DNA of 64,000 bases from the NCBI GenBank assembly GCA_018303185.1, contig JAGVYR010000066.1:29553-93552 (forward strand), given 5' to 3'. Under the pieces are notes generated by a model. It searched no databases. It had not been told where the DNA came from and saw only the letters and a list, made by a program, of their open reading frames with translations. Origin of the DNA: Candidatus Woesearchaeota archaeon (GTDB taxonomy: Archaea > Nanobdellota > Nanobdellia > Woesearchaeales > GW2011-AR4). A program made the translations under genes and the position numbers. Shown here piece after piece: positions 10,775 to 21,208 of the stretch (its first letter is position 1; each line of letters begins with the position of its first letter).

Positions 10775-11839
10775 GTGGTCGTTAAGCTTCGGCTTATGCT
10801 CATTGGGGAAACAAGAATGATTGACGAAAAAAAGCTCAAAAAGCTGTTCATGGCGAAAACTGTCCTTATAACAGGCGGGACAGGCTATCTCGGCAGGCAC
10901 ATCACTTCTGAAATACTTAAATATGAGCCCCACAGCATAAGGCTCCTGAGCAGGGATGAAGTGAAGCACCACAACATGCAGGAGCAGTTCGGCCACAATA
11001 TTAAGCTTAGGCATTTTGTCGGGGATGTCAGGGACTATGAAAGGATGGAAAAGGCGGCAAAGGGAGCCGATATTGTCATACATGCCGCCGCCCTCAAAAG
11101 GCTGGACATGATTGAGTACAATGTTGAAGAGTCTGTCAAGACAAATGTAATAGGCACATTGAATGTAGTGAGGGCATGCCTTGCAAACAATGTGGAGAAG
11201 GCAGTATTTATCTCGACTGACAAGGCCTGCTCGCCTGTAAATACATACGGCGCGTGCAAGTTCCTTGCCGAGCGCATCTTCTCTGAAAGCAACAGGAATA
11301 AAGGGGCGTGCAGGACAATATTCACAGTGGTAAGGTACGGCAACGTGCTTGAAAGTACCGGCTCTGTCATACCTTTCTTCGAATCGAGGATAAAGAAGGG
11401 AGAGCCGATAATGCTGACTGACAGGAGGATGACGCGCTTCATAATAACGCCGCAGCAGGCTGTGGAGCTTATATTCAAGAGCCTCATATACTGCAAGGGC
11501 GGCGAAGTCTTCGTGCCTAAGCTGGATTCGTTCAGGATTACAGACCTTATAACCATACTCAAAAGAAAGCACAATTCCGGCATGGAAGTGGTAATATGCG
11601 GCCTGAGGCCGGGAGAAAAGATAAATGAATGGATGCTGAACGACGCTGAAGTGAGGCGCACTTACAGTTTCCAGGACATGTTCGTGATAACATCCGAAAT
11701 AAACAGGGTAAAGGGCGCGGAATATGCTGTCCACGGAAAAAAATTGTCTGAAGATTCAATGGACCATTACAGCTCAGACCAGTGCCTGCTGAGCCTGGAT
11801 GAAGCCACTAAACTGTTCAAAAAACTCGGGCTCATATAA
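10775..11839 (+). CDS. CapD/PseB/PglF-like UDP-sugar 4,6-dehydratase (polysaccharide biosynthesis protein)
   Basis: KTVLITGGTGYLGRHI...VGDVRD...ADIVIHAAALK...ISTDKACSPVNTYGACK. The true start is probably an internal Met (MIDEKK or MAKTV). Confidence 0.8.
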   Translation: MVVKLRLMLIGETRMIDEKKLKKLFMAKTVLITGGTGYLGRHITSEILKYEPHSIRLLSRDEVKHHNMQEQFGHNIKLRHFVGDVRDYERMEKAAKGADIVIHAAALKRLDMIEYNVEESVKTNVIGTLNVVRACLANNVEKAVFISTDKACSPVNTYGACKFLAERIFSESNRNKGACRTIFTVVRYGNVLESTGSVIPFFESRIKKGEPIMLTDRRMTRFIITPQQAVELIFKSLIYCKGGEVFVPKLDSFRITDLITILKRKHNSGMEVVICGLRPGEKINEWMLNDAEVRRTYSFQDMFVITSEINRVKGAEYAVHGKKLSEDSMDHYSSDQCLLSLDEATKLFKKLGLI

Positions 11840-11862
11840 TCCTTGGGCGCGGAGAATCTAAA

Positions 11863-12768
11863 TTGGATATTCTTATAACCGGTGTAAGCGGGCTGGTCGG
11901 GGGAAATTTGGCTCACGAGTATCTTGGAAAATACAATATAGCTGGGACATACAGCCAGAATAAGGTCAATATAAAGCCATGCGACGTTTTTCGGCTTGAC
12001 CTTACAAAAAAAAGCGAAGTGGATTCGGTAAAAAAGCGGTTTGATGCGGTGATACACTGCGCAGGCCCCACAAATCTTGACTACTGCGAGCAGAACAGGA
12101 ATTATGCGTATGACAACATATTCAAGGCGACTGAAAACGCCCTCAGCCTGGCAAAAAGGCACGGTTCGTTCTTTATCTTCATGTCGACCAATGCAGTGTT
12201 TGACGGGAAAAATGGGCATTATTCCGAGAAAGACACTCCAAACCCAACAAATTACTATGGGGAACTCAAGCTGCAATGCGAGCGGATGGTAGGAGAATAT
12301 GAAAATCACTGCATCTTAAGGATAATCCCTTATGGGTGGAACATACTCAACAAGACAAGCATTGCTGAATGGGTGCTTTTAAGCCTTAGGGAAAGGAAAA
12401 ATATAAACGGCTTTACAGATGCCATATTTTCGCCCATACTTGTCAACAACATGGCGGAGGCCATTGAAGAGATTTTCACTAAAAGAGTAACCGGCACATT
12501 TCATCTTGGCGGCTCTGACTCGTGCTCGAAATATGATTTTGCTGTCATGATTGCTGAGCTGGCAGGACTGGATAAATCACTGATAAAGCCCGCAAGCGCA
12601 GAGGAATTTTTTAAGGCGAAAAGAGGCCACAAGCTCGATTTGAACATCAGCAGAATCTCCAAAGCAGTTGATACGCAAATCCTCGGGACAAAAGAAGGAT
12701 TAAAGAGGTTCCTCGAGCTTGAGAAGCGGGGATACGCCAAAAGGCTCAAGGCTGCATTGGATTCATAG
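11863..12768 (+). CDS. RmlD-like NAD(P)-dependent sugar-nucleotide reductase/epimerase
   Basis: MDILITGVSGLVGGNL...VIHCAGPTNLDYCEQN...STNAVFDGKNGHYSEKDTPNPTNYYGELK (RmlD substrate-binding family). Confidence 0.7.
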   Translation: MDILITGVSGLVGGNLAHEYLGKYNIAGTYSQNKVNIKPCDVFRLDLTKKSEVDSVKKRFDAVIHCAGPTNLDYCEQNRNYAYDNIFKATENALSLAKRHGSFFIFMSTNAVFDGKNGHYSEKDTPNPTNYYGELKLQCERMVGEYENHCILRIIPYGWNILNKTSIAEWVLLSLRERKNINGFTDAIFSPILVNNMAEAIEEIFTKRVTGTFHLGGSDSCSKYDFAVMIAELAGLDKSLIKPASAEEFFKAKRGHKLDLNISRISKAVDTQILGTKEGLKRFLELEKRGYAKRLKAALDS

Positions 12769-12776
12769 CATCAGCA

Positions 12777-13460
12777 TTGTTGAAGGGAACGATGAAACAA
12801 AAAAAATTGGCTGAAAGAAGCGCTTACTGCATCATACCTGCACTGAATGAGGAAGGCACAATAAAAAAAGTTATCTCCGGCGCAAAGAAGCACGTCAAAG
12901 GGGTTATTGTAGTGGATGACGGCTCATGCGACAGGACAGCGGCCATCTCAAAAAAAAGCGGTGCCATGGTAGTAAAGCACTCAAGAAGCATGGGTTATGC
13001 GAAGAGCATAGATGACGGCATAAAATTTGCATTGAAGCGTGGCATAAAGGTGGTTGTGACGCTTGATGCTGACGGGCAGCATGATTCCAGCGACATACCT
13101 AAAATGCTGGATCTTATAGCCAAGGGCGCAGATATAGCTACAGGCACCCGGCCCTACAGGGCAAGGCTGGCAGAATACGTGTTCTCCTGGTATTCCAAAA
13201 GGAAATTAGGAATTCCTGACCCTTTGTGCGGCCTCAGGGCTTACAGGGCAGATATCTTCAGGAAATGCCGCTCAATAGAAAGGAGGTATTCCGTTGGAAC
13301 CCAGATCTTGTTTGAGGCCAAAAGGCACGGGTTTTCCATAATGCACGGGAGTATATCTTTAAATACGAGAAAAGACAGCCCAAGGTTCGGGAACAGGGTT
13401 TTTGCAAACCTCAAGATATTTTTCGGTTTGCTTAATATGGCGCTCAGATACGGATTTTGA
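12777..13460 (+). CDS. Family 2 glycosyltransferase
   Basis: CIIPALNEEGTI...VIVVDDGSCDRT...VVTLDADGQHD. Confidence 0.75.
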   Translation: MLKGTMKQKKLAERSAYCIIPALNEEGTIKKVISGAKKHVKGVIVVDDGSCDRTAAISKKSGAMVVKHSRSMGYAKSIDDGIKFALKRGIKVVVTLDADGQHDSSDIPKMLDLIAKGADIATGTRPYRARLAEYVFSWYSKRKLGIPDPLCGLRAYRADIFRKCRSIERRYSVGTQILFEAKRHGFSIMHGSISLNTRKDSPRFGNRVFANLKIFFGLLNMALRYGF

Positions 13461-13469
13461 GGGGGGATA

Positions 13470-14519
13470 ATGGAGCCAATAACGATTGACGGCAGGAAAG
13501 TCGGGGGCAATAGCCCGTGCTATATAATTGCTGAGATAGGCTCCAATTTTGACGGAAGCCTTGAGAAAGCAAAATACATGATTGACCTTGCCAAGGAATG
13601 CGGGGCTGACGCTGTAAAGTTCCAGAGCTTCAGGGCAGAGGATATAGTCTCTGAGAAAGGATTCCGGTCATTGAAAGTGGCATTCCAGTCTGCATGGAAA
13701 AAGCCCGTGATTGAAGTCTACAGGGATGCTGAGCTTCCCACTCAATGGAACGAGGAGCTGATGGCACATGCAAAGAAGAAGGGCATAACATACTTCTCAA
13801 CCCCATACGACAAAAAGAATGCTGATTACCTTGATAAGATAGGGGTTCTCGCATTCAAGATAGGCTCGGGGGACATAACATGGCTCGAGATGATAAAGTA
13901 CATATCAGGGAAGAAAAAGCCAGTGATTATAGGCTGCGGAGCAAGCACAGTTGAGGAGATTGGCGAGGCGATAGAGGCGATAAGGTCAGAAGGCAATGAT
14001 GAGATTGTATTATTGCAATGCGTAACAAATTACCCGTCATCATTCAAAAATGCGAATATCAAAGCAATGAAAAGTCTCGGTGAAAGATATAAGGTATTAT
14101 ACGGGTATTCTGACCATTCTCCCGGGCACATAGTGCCTTTGGGCGCTGTTGCTCTTGGAGCCTGCGTGATTGAAAAGCATTTCACTTACGACAAGAAAGC
14201 TCTCGGCCCGGACCATCCTTTCGCGATGGACCCTTCTGACTTCAAAGAAATGGTAAAAGCCATCAGGCTGCTGGAATCGGGGCTGGGCGATAAAAAGGAG
14301 GTGTATGACGAGGAAAAGGAAACAGTGGTCATACAAAGAAGATGCCTGAGGGCGTCAAAGAGCCTTGATGCCGGCCATGTGGTAAAGGGAGAAGACATAG
14401 AAGTATTGAGGCCGGCTCCATTGAATTCCATCTATCCAAAGCACAAGGAATCCCTTATAGGCAAAAAACTGAAGCGCTCTCTTGAAAAAGGCGATTATTT
14501 CAAAAAGGCGGATTTCTGA
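13470..14519 (+). CDS. NeuB/PseI/LegI-family nonulosonic acid (sialic-acid-like) synthase
   Basis: NSPCYIIAEIGSNFDGSLEKAKYMIDLAKECGADAVKFQSF. The C-terminal SAF domain reads VVKGEDIEVLRP. Confidence 0.85.
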   Translation: MEPITIDGRKVGGNSPCYIIAEIGSNFDGSLEKAKYMIDLAKECGADAVKFQSFRAEDIVSEKGFRSLKVAFQSAWKKPVIEVYRDAELPTQWNEELMAHAKKKGITYFSTPYDKKNADYLDKIGVLAFKIGSGDITWLEMIKYISGKKKPVIIGCGASTVEEIGEAIEAIRSEGNDEIVLLQCVTNYPSSFKNANIKAMKSLGERYKVLYGYSDHSPGHIVPLGAVALGACVIEKHFTYDKKALGPDHPFAMDPSDFKEMVKAIRLLESGLGDKKEVYDEEKETVVIQRRCLRASKSLDAGHVVKGEDIEVLRPAPLNSIYPKHKESLIGKKLKRSLEKGDYFKKADF

Positions 14520-14663
14520 TGCCTTCAAAACAGGAAAAGCCTTAATAAATGCATTGTTTTCTCATCAGTCTATAGTTAAGCAGACATGCGGAATTTATAT
14601 ATACAGAATTAAAAGACAGGTGCTTGAAATGAACATTGTCGCGATAATCCAGGCGGAAAGACC

Positions 14664-15368
14664 ATGATGAAGATACTTGGAAAGCCTATGCTCTGGTACT
14701 CGGTTGCAAGGGCAAAGGCTGCAAAATCCATAAGCCGCGTCGTAGTTGCAACAACAACAGAAGAGAGGGACAGGCCGATATTCGATTACTGCACAAAGAA
14801 CGGCATTGACTGCTACAGGGGCAGCGAACAGGATGTTCTCGACCGGTATTATCAGGCAGCAAAAATATTCAAGGCAGATACAATTGTCAGGGTGACTTCA
14901 GACTGCCCGCTTGTCGATCCAAACGTGATTGATTTGGCCCTGAAAGGGCTTAATGGGGGAAAATATGACTACGTTAAGACAGGAAAATCATGGCCCAATG
15001 GGATAGGAACCGTGGAGATAGCCGGTTTCGGGGTGCTCGAAAGAGCTTGGCGCGATGCGAAGCTTCCCGGAGAAAGGGAGCATGTCATGCCGTACATATA
15101 CACCCATCCTGAACTTTTTAAAATAAAAACAATAGATTATAAAAAAGACTGCTCAGGCATAGTGCTGTCTGTTGATACAAAGCCGCAGCTTGAGGCTGTA
15201 GCAAAAATAATCGGGGCCCTCGGAAAGGGTGGGCTGTCTTTTACAACAGCCGACATACTCGCATACCTGAAGAAAAATCCTGCTGTTTTGAAATCGCTGG
15301 AAGGGATAGGCAGGAGGGGCCCTGAGCAGTATATAAGGGACATGAAGGGCAAAGGGAAGCTGAGGTAA
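14664..15368 (+). CDS. CMP-nonulosonic acid synthetase (acylneuraminate cytidylyltransferase family)
   Basis: MMKILGKPMLWYSVARAKAAKSISRVVVATTTEE...VRVTSDCPLVDP. Confidence 0.8.
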   Translation: MMKILGKPMLWYSVARAKAAKSISRVVVATTTEERDRPIFDYCTKNGIDCYRGSEQDVLDRYYQAAKIFKADTIVRVTSDCPLVDPNVIDLALKGLNGGKYDYVKTGKSWPNGIGTVEIAGFGVLERAWRDAKLPGEREHVMPYIYTHPELFKIKTIDYKKDCSGIVLSVDTKPQLEAVAKIIGALGKGGLSFTTADILAYLKKNPAVLKSLEGIGRRGPEQYIRDMKGKGKLR

Positions 15369-15400
15369 TATTTATTGCGCCCATAGGCGGATGGCAAATC

Positions 15401-16717
15401 ATGGAAAACGACAATCTCAAGGAAGAGGCTGAAAATCTTCTCAGGGAACTTTTTCCCATAAACAGGAGCATAACAGGGAGCGGCGTCAGAAAAAGCCTTA
15501 AGATTTTAAGCAAAGTTGCTGATTTTGAGATAAAGGGGGTTCCTTCCGGAACCAAGTGCTACGACTGGGAAATCCCTCCCGAATGGGAACTGAAGGATGC
15601 ATACGTCGAGGATTCAAAGGGTAAAAGGATAATAGACATAAAGGACAGCAACCTGCATGTTATGGGATACAGCACACCTGTTGACAGGAAGGTGCCGTAT
15701 TCCGAGCTTATAGCACATATCCATACAATGAGCGATATGCCGGACGCAATCCCATACAGAACTTCATATTACGACAGGAAATTCGGGTTCTGCATGAAGC
15801 ACAGGGATTTCATCGCTCTCGACAAGAAAGAAACATACCATATGTACATAGACTCAAGCCTCAAGGAAGGCTCTCTCACCTATGGTGAGCGCATTCTGAA
15901 AGGAACCTCGGGAAAGGAGTTCATCATATCGACATACTGCTGCCATCCTTCCCTTGCAAATGACAATTTGTCAGGAATGGTTCTTTGGGTGCTGCTTCTC
16001 AGGAATTTAAGCAAAAGAAAGCTGAGGCACACTTACCGCTTTGTCATTGCGCCTGAAACAATAGGCGCGATAGCATACTGCTCGCTTAATGAAGAAGCGA
16101 TGAAGAATATTGAGGCAGGGCTTGTGATAACCACTGTCGCCGGTCCGGGGAAGAGGGGCTACAAGCGCTCTTTCATGGGCAGCAGCATCATAGACATGGC
16201 AATTGAGCATGTATTCAGGCAGAGCGGCATTGATTTCATAAGATATCCTTTTGACATACAGGGCAGCGATGAGAGGCAATTTTCCTCTCTTCCTTTCAGG
16301 ATTCCGATATGCACGATAACAAAAGACAAGTATTATGAATATCCTTATTACCACACTTCCCTTGACAATCTTGATTTCATAAAAAGCGATTGGCTTATAG
16401 AAGCGCTCGGAATATACCTTAAAGTTATAGAAAGCCTTGAGAACAGCATCGTTTATGCCCCGTTGAATCATGCGTGCGAGCCCATGCTGGGGAAGAGGGG
16501 GGCTTATCCGAAAACGGGCGGCGCGATAAACCAGAACAGGAAAGACGCAGAAAAGGATAAAAAGAGCGACCTGGACGTCATAAAATGGATTCTGTTCCTG
16601 AGCGACGGAAAAAAGACCTTGCTGGAGATATCGGAAGAAACTGGCATTGATAGTTCAAGGCTTAATGAGGCCGCTATCAGGCTTTGCAAGCTGTCGCTGC
16701 TTAAGGAAGTGAAATAA
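15401..16717 (+). CDS. Aminopeptidase-like domain protein (COG4310/DUF4910 type) with C-terminal winged-helix, polysaccharide-cluster associated
   Basis: The N-terminal region (ELFPINRSITGSGVRKSLKILS...KCYDWEIPPEWEL) is typical of this family. The C-terminal LLEISEETGIDSSRLNEAAIRLCKLSLL looks like a winged helix. Confidence 0.4.
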   Translation: MENDNLKEEAENLLRELFPINRSITGSGVRKSLKILSKVADFEIKGVPSGTKCYDWEIPPEWELKDAYVEDSKGKRIIDIKDSNLHVMGYSTPVDRKVPYSELIAHIHTMSDMPDAIPYRTSYYDRKFGFCMKHRDFIALDKKETYHMYIDSSLKEGSLTYGERILKGTSGKEFIISTYCCHPSLANDNLSGMVLWVLLLRNLSKRKLRHTYRFVIAPETIGAIAYCSLNEEAMKNIEAGLVITTVAGPGKRGYKRSFMGSSIIDMAIEHVFRQSGIDFIRYPFDIQGSDERQFSSLPFRIPICTITKDKYYEYPYYHTSLDNLDFIKSDWLIEALGIYLKVIESLENSIVYAPLNHACEPMLGKRGAYPKTGGAINQNRKDAEKDKKSDLDVIKWILFLSDGKKTLLEISEETGIDSSRLNEAAIRLCKLSLLKEVK

Positions 16718-16734
16718 AATATGGAGGCGGACCA

Positions 16735-17526
16735 ATGAGGGTGCTCGTAATAGGAGGAAACCATAGGAGGCATCTTTATTTCATGGACCGGATAAGCCAG
16801 AGCCATGAACTATGCGGAGCTATAATTGAACAGAGGGAGAAGTTTATGCCACAGCCTCCCGAAGGGATAATGGAAGCTGACAGGCATAATTTCATCAGGC
16901 ATTTTACAAATAGGGAAGCGGCTGAAAAGAAATATTGCGGGGATAAGGGCGTTCCAAAATGTGAAATCCTTGAAGTAACCAAAGAAAGCCTGAACAGCGA
17001 TGCCGCCATTGGTTTCATAAAGCGCGCAAAGCCTGATGCCGCATTGGTTTTCGGAAGCGACCTTATTGCTCAATCGCTCATTGATGCCCTGCCTAAGGAT
17101 ACAATCAACATGCACCTTGGCCTTTCCCCCAGATACCGTGGTGCAGCAACTTTGTTCTGGCCCTTCTATTTCCTTGAGCCGAATTATGCGGGCAGCACTT
17201 TCCATTATCTTGTGTCGGAACCGGATGCCGGGAACGTTGTGCACCAAGTTGTTCCCCAGCTTAAGAAGGAAGACGGCATACATGATGTTGCCTGCAGGAC
17301 TTTGCTGGAGTCGGCAGAGCAGGCCATAAAGCTGCTCGACATCATAAAGAGCGGCAAAAGATGGAAAACATTCAGCCAGAAAGGCACGGGAAAAAATTTC
17401 CTGTTCAGGGACTTCAGGCCTGAGCACTTAAGGGTGATTTATAACCTGTTTGATGATGATATTGTAAAGCGATTTATGGAAGGCAGCTTAAAGCCGGGAG
17501 AGCCTAAGCTGTGCAGGCAGTTTTGA
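16735..17526 (+). CDS. Formyltransferase-domain protein (Fmt/PurN-like N-terminal domain)
   Basis: ALVFGSDLIAQSLIDALPKDTINMHLGLSPRYRGAATLFWPF matches the formyltransferase HxSLLPxxRG-type motif. Confidence 0.5.
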   Translation: MRVLVIGGNHRRHLYFMDRISQSHELCGAIIEQREKFMPQPPEGIMEADRHNFIRHFTNREAAEKKYCGDKGVPKCEILEVTKESLNSDAAIGFIKRAKPDAALVFGSDLIAQSLIDALPKDTINMHLGLSPRYRGAATLFWPFYFLEPNYAGSTFHYLVSEPDAGNVVHQVVPQLKKEDGIHDVACRTLLESAEQAIKLLDIIKSGKRWKTFSQKGTGKNFLFRDFRPEHLRVIYNLFDDDIVKRFMEGSLKPGEPKLCRQF

Positions 17527-17558
17527 TTTGTATTGGGTTTATCGAAACCGGGTTTAAA

Positions 17559-19055
17559 TTATTGCTTTGATTTCTTAAGCCTTTTCAAAATATCCATAAT
17601 CTCTTCCGTGGAAATTACCTTAAGCATAAAGAGGGCTGCAAGATAAACCACTCCGGATGATGCCAGTATTACCGCTATCTTCGGCACACTCTCCATGACA
17701 AGTACTTTATTGAGGTAAACCATCACTCCGAAAAACAAAGCGGCTGCAAACCCTGTTTTTGCCCAGTTCGCATAAGGCAGCTCAGCAATCTTTCCCCTGT
17801 AAAGGGCAATTGTCCCGACTAAGGACATCAGTATGTAAGTGGCTGCGGTAGTTATTGAGGCCCCGAGATAGCCGTACATAATAATGAAAGGGATGTTAAG
17901 CGCAACATTTGCAGCGGCTCCTATTGCCAGTATCCATGTGTTCACTTTCGGCTTCCCTATGCCTGCAAAAACCGTGCTGTTGACCATATGCAGTGAGTTG
18001 AACATGACGCCTATGACCAAAACCTTGAATGCGAGCGACCCAGCGGCAAATTCACTGCCATACAAAATACGAAGCACGAAGTCGGAATATATAAAGAGCG
18101 CAAGCGACAAAGGCAGCATGAGGGCTATGAGGAATTTGTAAAGGAGCCTCAGCCCTTCCTTCATGTGCTCGGTCATTCCTTTGCTCCAGAATTCCGAGAT
18201 GAGCGGCAGCTGGACGCTCGTCAGTGTCATGGGAATATACCACAGCAGCATTGCAGTCGGGAATACTGCGCTGTATATGCCGACTTCCGTAAGATTGCGC
18301 AGAAGAGTTAGCATAATCTTGTCTGAATAGCTCAGCACCAGGCCGCCGACATAGATGAGCATTATCTGCAGGCCGTAAAATCTCAGGTTTTTCGAGAGCT
18401 CCCTGTCCTTTTCAATGCTCCTGAGCCGCTCTTTTCCAAGCAGGATAAAAAAGTAAATCAAAAATGTTGCAAGCTGAGAGACAAGATATGCGGCTGCGGC
18501 CCCCTTCACTCCGTAGCCAAGATTAAAGGCAAAAACCGAAGAGGCTGCCGCGATTGACATCCTTGTGAAATCAACGCTGGAGAAGACTGCCATCCTCTGG
18601 CTGCCCTGCGCATAGAATTTCAGTATGTTTACAAAGCTGTCGAATACAGAATGGACTGCAAGTATTATGAGGACTGCAGATGCGCTTGGGTGCCTGAAAT
18701 AATGCGACTGCAGCAGCCCTGAAAAGAGCGCTATCAGCACCAAAAACGCAGCGTTTGTCGCAAGAAGCATTGAAAACACATGCCTCAATGCAGACTTGAT
18801 CTTTGATTCCTGCTTTGCGCTCCTAAGCTTGGGAATGTAGTATATCAGGGCCCTGTCCATTCCAAGGCTTTTGAAGATGCCGAACATGCCCACAAATGCC
18901 AATACAGAGTAAAAAAGGCCGAAGTCTTCCAGGGGAAGTTTCCTTGCAAAGATTGCCCTCACAATATAGCCCATTATGCCGGCAAGTATCGTGAATGCCG
19001 TTATTATGCCGACACTGAAAAGCGCTTTTCTTGTATAATTTGCCATTGTTTTCAA
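17559..19055 (-). CDS. Wzx-like polysaccharide flippase (MOP superfamily)
   Basis: About 12-14 TM helices with the typical Wzx/MATE-like organisation. Confidence 0.6.
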   Translation of the reverse strand: MKTMANYTRKALFSVGIITAFTILAGIMGYIVRAIFARKLPLEDFGLFYSVLAFVGMFGIFKSLGMDRALIYYIPKLRSAKQESKIKSALRHVFSMLLATNAAFLVLIALFSGLLQSHYFRHPSASAVLIILAVHSVFDSFVNILKFYAQGSQRMAVFSSVDFTRMSIAAASSVFAFNLGYGVKGAAAAYLVSQLATFLIYFFILLGKERLRSIEKDRELSKNLRFYGLQIMLIYVGGLVLSYSDKIMLTLLRNLTEVGIYSAVFPTAMLLWYIPMTLTSVQLPLISEFWSKGMTEHMKEGLRLLYKFLIALMLPLSLALFIYSDFVLRILYGSEFAAGSLAFKVLVIGVMFNSLHMVNSTVFAGIGKPKVNTWILAIGAAANVALNIPFIIMYGYLGASITTAATYILMSLVGTIALYRGKIAELPYANWAKTGFAAALFFGVMVYLNKVLVMESVPKIAVILASSGVVYLAALFMLKVISTEEIMDILKRLKKSKQ

Positions 19056-19072
19056 TTTAAAGGATAAATCTC

Positions 19073-20932
19073 CTAAACCTTTAATATTACTGCGCCATTG
19101 TTCTGCGTAACCGGGGAAAACAGCCCTGATTCCGCAATATCATTCAGCTTATTGTTTGTGTTTTCCGTCCCAAACTTCTTGGCAGTCTGCCCGTCAATGA
19201 TTAAGTACTGGAAGCCGTTTTCCTTCAGCCATGCGTGGTTCTCTTCGGCGCTCTGGTTAAAGCCGATAGCCCTGTACGAGCTTATTTCATCGCACCATGC
19301 ACAAGCCTCCATATCCATTCCAATCAGCGCCCCGAAATTGTCAAAAGTGAACACGTTGGACTGCTTTGGCAGGTTCTCACGCATCCACACATAGGCGCCT
19401 ACCTCCTCTCCAGATGTCCAGAATCCCCCCGGAGACCATTGGGCTGTGTTTACCTTGTACTTTGGGATGAAAGAGGTCTGGTATATTGCGAATGCGAGCA
19501 GTAAAATTATTCCGTATGAAAAAATTTTGGCAATATTTTCATTTTTAGTGAAGGCTTTAGCGGCGGATTTCACAAAGGCTCTTATGTAATCAAAAGCCTC
19601 TGCTGCGGCCAGCGCCGTCACAAAGGCAAGCAGCATCCATGCCCTGAATGGAGAGAGCTTTATCTTGAACCTGACAGCGTTGACTGCATAGAATGCAAAA
19701 AGAAACCATATTATCATGACTGCCTTGTTGTAATTTTCTTTGTTGAAAAACGACTTGTATCCCGATATCAAAAGAATAAGCCCGAATACTGCCAGAGGAA
19801 ACAAAAATATCCCGATGCCAACTGGATTGTTTATCATGTTGCTCCCGTTATAGCATCCGCTCTTGGGGGAGCAGAGAAAATCCTGCAGGGCATAAGGCCT
19901 ATCCCCTGTCCCTCCGAGGCTGAGGACATTCGCTCCACTCTGTATATGGACGCCGCGCATTGTCTCTGCAAGTCCATGTGTATATATCATGGGGGCCCAC
20001 CATAGCGCAAATGCCAAAAAGACAGCGAGAGCCCCCGCCATGAACTCATATTTCAAAAACCTGCGCTCTACAGCAGTCCTCGTGAAAAAATAAAGCAGGA
20101 AAAAAAGGCCAAAATAAGTGCTGTGCGTCGGAGAGGAAGTGATTGTAGTCAAAATCACAATAGCCGCAATGCTCCACCACTTATTGTCTTCCCTTATCCT
20201 TTCAGCAGCGTAGAAAGAGACAAAATACAGTGTCATTGTAAATCCAAGCGCCCATATGAAATGGCTCAGGTAGGCTGGCACTGCAAAAAGGGCGAATGCG
20301 GCGAAAGCTGCTTTTCTTGAGGACTTCATAAATTCTTTCGCGAAATAGAAAAAGAATATTATGCCAAGTGAGATTATCAGGGAATTAAAAAATTTGAGGT
20401 TCCAATAGACAGAATCATTTGTCTGGTGCAGGATGCCCATCGTCATCTCATAAGTCGGAGGATAAGGGTCGAGATAATGGAATTTTATCCCGCCTCCGGA
20501 AAACAGAGTTTTTTCCTGCGCAATAAAGCTTGTTCCGATGGAATGGCTCCACGGGTCGTCATCTTCAAGGTAAGGATAGGCAAAAGAGCCTGAAAGATAC
20601 ATGTAGAATGTGGCTGCAAGCAAAACTAAGGCAATTATTGTATAGAGATTCAGCCTTACCTGCAAGCCGCCCAAGACGGGCTTTTTATTTTTTAAATCAA
20701 TGTATATTGAAAATGCAATTAATGCTATGCTAAATAATAAAAAAATCCTCCAGTCTAAGGGGATATGCAGAAGGTTTAGGAGAAGGCCGAAAGCGGGCAT
20801 TGCCGCAAGCCCTATCCCAATCCTCATTATGTGCCTTTCAAGAAAATCCTCTGATTCCTTTGCAAGCCTTGCTATGCTTCCGAACCCATAGCAGTACACG
20901 AAAAACAATATTATGCTCAGCGCAGATGCCAC
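19073..20932 (-). CDS. Polytopic membrane protein with C-terminal soluble domain; possible GT-C glycosyltransferase or polymerase
   Basis: Many TM helices, an acidic loop (YLEDDDPW), and a C-terminal soluble domain of about 150 aa. No WWDYG motif was seen. Confidence 0.3.
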   Translation of the reverse strand: MASALSIILFFVYCYGFGSIARLAKESEDFLERHIMRIGIGLAAMPAFGLLLNLLHIPLDWRIFLLFSIALIAFSIYIDLKNKKPVLGGLQVRLNLYTIIALVLLAATFYMYLSGSFAYPYLEDDDPWSHSIGTSFIAQEKTLFSGGGIKFHYLDPYPPTYEMTMGILHQTNDSVYWNLKFFNSLIISLGIIFFFYFAKEFMKSSRKAAFAAFALFAVPAYLSHFIWALGFTMTLYFVSFYAAERIREDNKWWSIAAIVILTTITSSPTHSTYFGLFFLLYFFTRTAVERRFLKYEFMAGALAVFLAFALWWAPMIYTHGLAETMRGVHIQSGANVLSLGGTGDRPYALQDFLCSPKSGCYNGSNMINNPVGIGIFLFPLAVFGLILLISGYKSFFNKENYNKAVMIIWFLFAFYAVNAVRFKIKLSPFRAWMLLAFVTALAAAEAFDYIRAFVKSAAKAFTKNENIAKIFSYGIILLLAFAIYQTSFIPKYKVNTAQWSPGGFWTSGEEVGAYVWMRENLPKQSNVFTFDNFGALIGMDMEACAWCDEISSYRAIGFNQSAEENHAWLKENGFQYLIIDGQTAKKFGTENTNNKLNDIAESGLFSPVTQNNGAVILKV

Positions 20933-21208
20933 ATTTAACCCCTCAATCAGGCCCGGAACCGCACTTTAAAAAGTTTGTCTTTTAAATCAGGTTAAGGGCG
21001 TCATCTGCTTCGTCAGTTTTGTTGATTTTTATTGGGTTTTTTCGGTTAAGATGAGCCGCCTTGGGGTTCGGTGGTTTTTTGGATATTTTTTATTTTTTGA
21101 ACCATTGGATTTTATTATTGAGAAAAAACCATCTCTTTTGCCCCAGAACACATAACCTGCCTCACTCCAAAACAAATGGCGGGCATGCCTTAACATGATA
21201 CCAGCACT

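Noticed and set aside
10724-11734. 336-aa ORF antisense to the CapD/PseB-like gene
   Set aside because: It is entirely embedded opposite a well-supported CDS. Its composition is Cys/His/Tyr/Phe-rich and codon-skewed, as expected for an antisense frame, and it has no motifs.
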